Assembly: GCA_964608675.1 (NCBI GenBank)
Contig: CAZSOZ010000002.1
Span: 203,013-267,012 of the forward strand
Source: an uncultured archaeon
Lineage (GTDB): Archaea; Iainarchaeota; Iainarchaeia; Iainarchaeales; 1-14-0-10-31-34
Length of the DNA stretch: 64,000 nucleotides
Direction: 5' to 3'
A model generated the notes under the pieces. The model worked only from the letters and a program-made list of their open reading frames with translations. It did not search any database and had not been told where the DNA came from. Position numbers and translations under genes: made by a program. Shown here piece after piece: positions 60,082-64,000 of the stretch (positions are counted from its first letter, which is position 1; each line of letters starts with the position of its first letter).

Positions 60082-60506
60082 CTTCTTTTTTTGAAATTCA
60101 AAGAAACTGAATTAATACAATACCTTTTCTGAGTTGGTTTTGGGCCGTCATCAAATACATGGCCTAAATGGCTTTTGCATTTTGCACAAATTACTTCAAT
60201 TCTATTCATGACAAAAGAATTGTCTTCAACGAATTCAACTGCATCTTTTTTTGCATTAAAAAAACTAGGCCAGCCTGTTTTGGAATCAAATTTTGTTTTT
60301 GAATCAAACAATTCGTTTTTGCATGCAACACAAACATAAACTCCTTTTTCTTTTTTATTCAAAAATTTTCCAGTAAAAGCCTTTTCAGTTCCTTTTTTTC
60401 TTAAAACCTTAAATTGTTCATCTGAAAGCTTTTTTTTCCATTCTTTTTCAGATTTAACTGCTTTTTTTGCATTCATTTCTTTTTTGTTTTTTATTTCTTT
60501 TTCCAT
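60078..60506 (-). CDS. msrB: Peptide methionine-R-sulfoxide reductase
   Basis: GTEKAFTG, CVAC, GWPSF, CAKCKSHLGHVFDDGP, RYCINS. Confidence 0.96.
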   Translation of the reverse strand: MEKEIKNKKEMNAKKAVKSEKEWKKKLSDEQFKVLRKKGTEKAFTGKFLNKKEKGVYVCVACKNELFDSKTKFDSKTGWPSFFNAKKDAVEFVEDNSFVMNRIEVICAKCKSHLGHVFDDGPKPTQKRYCINSVSLNFKKRS

Positions 60507-60517
60507 TCAACGGCCTT

Positions 60518-60979
60518 CTAACAGGATTTAATTCCATTTTTTTCATAATATTTTTGATGGTATTCTTCTGCTTCAAAAAATTCTTTTGCGGGCTCAATTG
60601 CAGTGGCAATCCTTTCATTTAATTCTTTTTGTTTTTCTTTTAATGATTGTTCTGCTTCTTTTTTTTGTTTTTCATTAAAATAAAAAATAACTGAACAATA
60701 TTGTTTTCCTTTGTCCGGTCCCTGCCTGTTCAATTGAGTTGGATCATGAATTCTCCAAAAGGTTTCCAGAAGAGCCTGAAAAAAAATTTTTTCAGGATTA
60801 AATTCAATTAAAACAACTTCAACATGGTCTGTTTTTCCTGAACACACCTCTTCATAAGAAGGATTTTTTGTTTGGCCGCCCATAAAACCGGCTTTTGTTT
60901 TAATTACTCCGTTCAGTCTGCTGAACGCCTGTTCAACACCCCAAAAGCACCCTGCTCCAAAAACAATTCTTTCTTCCAT
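60518..60979 (-). CDS. msrA: Peptide methionine-S-sulfoxide reductase
   Basis: GAGCFWGVE, YEEVCSG.T.H.E, HDPT, AEEYHQKY. Confidence 0.96.
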   Translation of the reverse strand: MEERIVFGAGCFWGVEQAFSRLNGVIKTKAGFMGGQTKNPSYEEVCSGKTDHVEVVLIEFNPEKIFFQALLETFWRIHDPTQLNRQGPDKGKQYCSVIFYFNEKQKKEAEQSLKEKQKELNERIATAIEPAKEFFEAEEYHQKYYEKNGIKSC

Positions 60980-60986
60980 ACATAAA

Positions 60987-61002
60987 ATTAGGTAAACCTA
61001 AT
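60987..61002. promoter_or_regulatory. DtxR-type operator ATTAGGTAAACCTAAT
   Basis: Perfect 6-bp arms, lying between a TATAAATA box and the msrA ATG. Confidence 0.7.
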
Positions 61003-61011
61003 AGTTTTTAT

Positions 61012-61569
61012 TTATATTTCTTGAATTTTTTTTCCGCTTTTAACTGATTTTGGCTGTGATTTGACAACATTTTTTCTTGCATCAGCCTGTTTGTCGTTAT
61101 GTTTTATTAAAAGCCATCTTTTTTTGCCTATTTTAATCAAAGAAAAACCGCCTTCAAGTTTTTTTCCTTTAAGTTCAACAGAAATTTTTCCTTCATTTAA
61201 AGCTTTTTCAATTAAAATTTTTTTGTTTTTATTTTTTGAAATGTTCTTGTACGTTCCTTTATCCCATATAATTACTTTTCCTGCACCGTATTCGCTTTCA
61301 GGAATTGTTCCTTCAAAATCAGCGTAATCTAAAGGATGGTTTTCTGTTTGCATTGCAAGCCTTTTTGTTTTAGGATTAAGAGAAGGGCCTTTTGGAACAG
61401 CCCATGAAACCAGCACTCCTGAAATATTCAGCCTGAAATCATAATGCAGACTTGAAGCATCATGCTTTTGAACTACAAAAATTTTCTTTTTTTTCTTTTG
61501 TGCAGAAGGCTTGGGTTCTTTTGTTTTTTTAAAATCTCTTTTTTTTGAGTATTTTTTTAATTTTTTCAT
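61012..61569 (-). CDS. Stand-alone LigD 3'-phosphoesterase (PE) domain protein
   Basis: FVVQKHDASSLHYDFRL, SWAVPKGPS, RLAMQTENHPLDY, YGAGKVIIWD.G.Y. Confidence 0.92.
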   Translation of the reverse strand: MKKLKKYSKKRDFKKTKEPKPSAQKKKKKIFVVQKHDASSLHYDFRLNISGVLVSWAVPKGPSLNPKTKRLAMQTENHPLDYADFEGTIPESEYGAGKVIIWDKGTYKNISKNKNKKILIEKALNEGKISVELKGKKLEGGFSLIKIGKKRWLLIKHNDKQADARKNVVKSQPKSVKSGKKIQEI

Positions 61570-61647
61570 TTTTTTTCTACCTTAATAGAAAACAAGGTTT
61601 TTTGATGATTTAAAACTTGCGATAAAATTTTTAATAAAACAGAAAAG

Positions 61648-62397
61648 TCAGGCATTCAAAAAATTTAATTCATTTAATGCTTCTTTGTGGTTTTTTCCTT
61701 TGCATCTTAAATAAATGTAATCCCATCTTTTTTCTGCAGGAAGATTAATGTAAATCCATTGGCTTAACCTGTTGCCTAAATCATAACTCCATTCAGGTTC
61801 ATTTAATTCATTTACATCAATTTTTTTTGGAATCCTGTCAAATTCGAAAGCAGAAGGCATTCTTGTTTTTTTATTTAATTTAAGAAAACCTTTTTCTAAA
61901 GCATAAAGCCTGTCTGCTGTCTGAGCAAAAGGAACATCAACTTTAATAATTTTCTTTTTCTGCAGAATATGAAGAATTTCATGCAAAGGAGTTGCCATAG
62001 ATTTACAGTCCAAAGAAAAATTTTTTCTTAAATAAATTTTTCCGGTGTTATCATCAATTAAACCCATATAAATGTTTCCTGTTTTCTTCATATAATTATA
62101 TAATTCGATTTCATTTCTTTTCTGTTGTTCAGGACAAAATTTTTCTTTAACTGCAATATTAACCGATAAAGCATTTCTGGAAAAAAACTTTAAGAGTTTT
62201 TTTTCTAAAACAGGAAGCAAATCAGGATTTAATTCTTTTCCAAAAATCCTTAAAGCAAAATTTGTCTGCTCTTGAATTTGCTGGAAATCATTAACTGAAA
62301 GTCTTCCTCCAAAACAAAATTTTCTTTTAGCAGAAGGACTTCTAAAAAATTCTGTTTCTTTTAAAAACAAGTATTCCAAAGGCTTAATTTTGGGCAT
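61648..62397 (-). CDS. Hypothetical basic protein with HExxH motif, MPKIKP N-terminus
   Basis: GKIYL...TPLHEILHILQ, later YDLG helix, consistent with a zincin-like fold. Confidence 0.6.
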   Translation of the reverse strand: MPKIKPLEYLFLKETEFFRSPSAKRKFCFGGRLSVNDFQQIQEQTNFALRIFGKELNPDLLPVLEKKLLKFFSRNALSVNIAVKEKFCPEQQKRNEIELYNYMKKTGNIYMGLIDDNTGKIYLRKNFSLDCKSMATPLHEILHILQKKKIIKVDVPFAQTADRLYALEKGFLKLNKKTRMPSAFEFDRIPKKIDVNELNEPEWSYDLGNRLSQWIYINLPAEKRWDYIYLRCKGKNHKEALNELNFLNA

Positions 62398-62460
62398 ATC
62401 AATACAACCAAACCTTTAAACAAATAATTAATAAATCCTTTCTCTGAAAAAAAGAATTTA

Positions 62461-62613
62461 ATGAAACTTACAGGAAAAGATTGCCGAAAACAAGTATTGC
62501 CAGAAAGACAAAAAGTAATTTTATCACAAGGGTTTGCAGTCAAAGGAAAAGAAGGACCATTAGAAGAAGGCGAACTAGAAAAAGCAAAAAACTTGGCTAA
62601 AAAAATTGAATGA
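62461..62613 (+). pseudogene. Flavodoxin C-terminal remnant
   Basis: ...QGFAVKGKEGPLEEGELEKAKNLAKKIE*; the N-terminal FMN-binding loop is missing. Confidence 0.55.
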
Positions 62614-62615
62614 AA

Positions 62616-62876
62616 TTAATCTGTTTCTTCTTTTGTTGTTTCTTTTTTTATTTCAATTCCATAACCTTTAAATCCAAAATAAATTAATGGAACAGAAAAA
62701 ATAATCAACAAAGAAGCAAGCATTTGTTCTCGAACAATTATTGCAATGCATAAAAGCATTGCAGGAATAATGAATCTTCTATAAAAGCATTTTTCAAGTG
62801 TTCCAGTATAAAAAAATAAAACTGAAAAAGCAAAAACAATGATTCCAATAAAAGCAATTATTTCATTTTCCAGCAT
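62616..62876 (-). CDS. Small membrane protein
   Basis: Three hydrophobic segments; AAGGA SD-like. Confidence 0.55.
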   Translation of the reverse strand: MLENEIIAFIGIIVFAFSVLFFYTGTLEKCFYRRFIIPAMLLCIAIIVREQMLASLLIIFSVPLIYFGFKGYGIEIKKETTKEETD

Positions 62877-62924
62877 AAAAATTCCTTTAAGTAATCAAAA
62901 CCAACCTGTTTTGAATTCAATGAT

Positions 62925-63079
62925 TTATTCTCTTGCCATTTGGCTTCCGCATTAGGGCATTTTGTTTCAGTACAAGGAATGCCTATTTTGTGAAGAATTT
63001 TGTTGCCACAAGAAAGACAAATGCATTCTCCGCTTGGACCTAAAGCAGAACCCTTCATTCTTCCTCTTCCATTAACCAT
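62925..63079 (-). pseudogene. Small Cys-rich zinc-ribbon protein with 1-nt deletion (or sequencing error)
   Basis: MVNGRGRMKGSALGPSGECICLSCGNKILHKIGIPCTETKCP; adding one base restores xCGSQMARE*. Confidence 0.6.
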
Positions 63080-63323
63080 TTTAATCTCATTAAAGTAAAT
63101 AACCGCGTATTTAAAAAGATATTTAAAATTTAAGTTAAAAAAAAAACAGGAATTCAAATCAATTATTTACTGTATTTTCCAGTAATCAATTATGAAATTA
63201 AAATAATTAGTTTTAAGGCAAAAATAAAGGAATCTAATTATTTATTAATTCTCTCAAATTTTACAATCATGCAACTAAAAAAAGATTTAAAAGATTTTAC
63301 TTCCTTCTAAATTAAGTGGTTAA

Positions 63324-63755
63324 ATGAAAGTCAGGGATGTCTATGAAAAAAACTCTGGTTTTGTAGACAAAGTCCTGGAAACCGACAGCATTGAAAAAGT
63401 AGTTGAAGTAATGTCATCCAATAAATCCACAAGAACAGTTTTTGTGATTGACAAAAAAATGAAGTTAGTTGGAGTAATAACTATTCATGAAATTTTTGGG
63501 CAAATATTTAATAAAATGAAACCTAAAATACTAAAACTATTTAACAAAAAAAAGGATTTAAAAGCAAGAGATGTGATGAAAGTAGCAATGTCAGTTTCAT
63601 TAGATGATAGCTTAGACAATGCTTTCCGTGCAGCAATTGTATCCGGCTTTCAGGATCTTCCTGTATGCGAAAAAGGAAAACTCGTTGGAGAACTTGACTG
63701 CTTTGAGTTATTAGATGGTTTAATTGGAGAAAACAAAAACTACTTTAATCAGTAA
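63324..63755 (+). CDS. CBS-domain pair protein
   Basis: MKVRDV, VFVID..KLVGVIT, ARDVM, LPVCEKGKLVG. Confidence 0.88.
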   Translation: MKVRDVYEKNSGFVDKVLETDSIEKVVEVMSSNKSTRTVFVIDKKMKLVGVITIHEIFGQIFNKMKPKILKLFNKKKDLKARDVMKVAMSVSLDDSLDNAFRAAIVSGFQDLPVCEKGKLVGELDCFELLDGLIGENKNYFNQ

Positions 63756-63757
63756 AA

Positions 63758-64000
63758 TTATTTGTAATCAAATTCAGTTCTCTTAAACCAGCTCAATTCG
63801 AAATTCCTGTCTTCTTTAATGTCTTTAAGAATAGTTTTGACTTTATCCGCAGTTACAATTGAAGGCACAAGAACAAATTCAATTCCTTCCGCACAAAGTT
63901 TTTGGGCATCCTGCACAGTATGAGACAAAACAATAAGGCTTGCACCAGCATCTTTTTTTTGCAATTTTTTAGCCAAAACAATATTTGAATCTACATTCAT
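63758..64000 (-). CDS. C-terminus of an RCK/TrkA-N domain protein, probably Kef-type cation:proton antiporter (partial)
   Basis: NIVLAKKL...LIVLSHTVQDAQKLCAEGIEFVLVP; runs off the window edge. Confidence 0.6.
   Translation of the reverse strand: MNVDSNIVLAKKLQKKDAGASLIVLSHTVQDAQKLCAEGIEFVLVPSIVTADKVKTILKDIKEDRNFELSWFKRTEFDYK

Noticed and set aside
605-61327. Many 60-250 aa antisense or alternate-frame ORFs in the track (e.g. 6603..7079, 18315..19073, 40507..40974, 10257..10622)
   Set aside because: They lie within well-supported genes and are F/S/L-rich shadows of Lys/Glu-rich coding strands, with no motifs
1-64000. Abundant A/T homopolymers as phase-variation switches
   Set aside because: They are a genome-wide compositional trait; genes containing them are in frame, and the two observed frameshifts are not in long runs

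Overview
An AT-rich, homopolymer-rich archaeal chromosome segment. Archaeal markers are Alba, tRNA splicing endonuclease, Sec61beta, Taw1/TYW1, archaeal-type ValRS/TrpRS, a small histone, and TTTAAATA boxes about 25-30 nt before many start codons. The style suggests a DPANN lineage, possibly Iainarchaeota/Diapherotrites (inference). It is mostly housekeeping and metabolism, with many genes that look bacterial-type: IspH, ferritin-SOD-AhpC-PerR, RibD/RibBA, type II pantothenate kinase, probable PPi-PFK, membrane pyrophosphatase, MsrA/B and a LigD phosphoesterase. There are two tRNAs (Leu-TAG, Val-CAC) and a small decayed accessory island at 33.9-35.8 kb with two toxin-antitoxin pairs, a 36-bp direct repeat, and transposase and YbjQ remnants. 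Sec61beta, the histone and several remnants are missing from the ORF track. Most notable: (1) an archaeal riboflavin synthase fused to lumazine synthase; (2) a dispersed set of orphan, highly basic proteins sharing an 'MP(x)KP' N-terminus, including a kinase-like paralog pair and an HExxH protein; (3) an intact MEP-pathway IspH in an archaeon; (4) a DtxR-type operator TTAGG-N4-CCTAA in front of three loci. No rRNA, CRISPR array or intact mobile element was seen. All calls come from motif recognition, without database searches.
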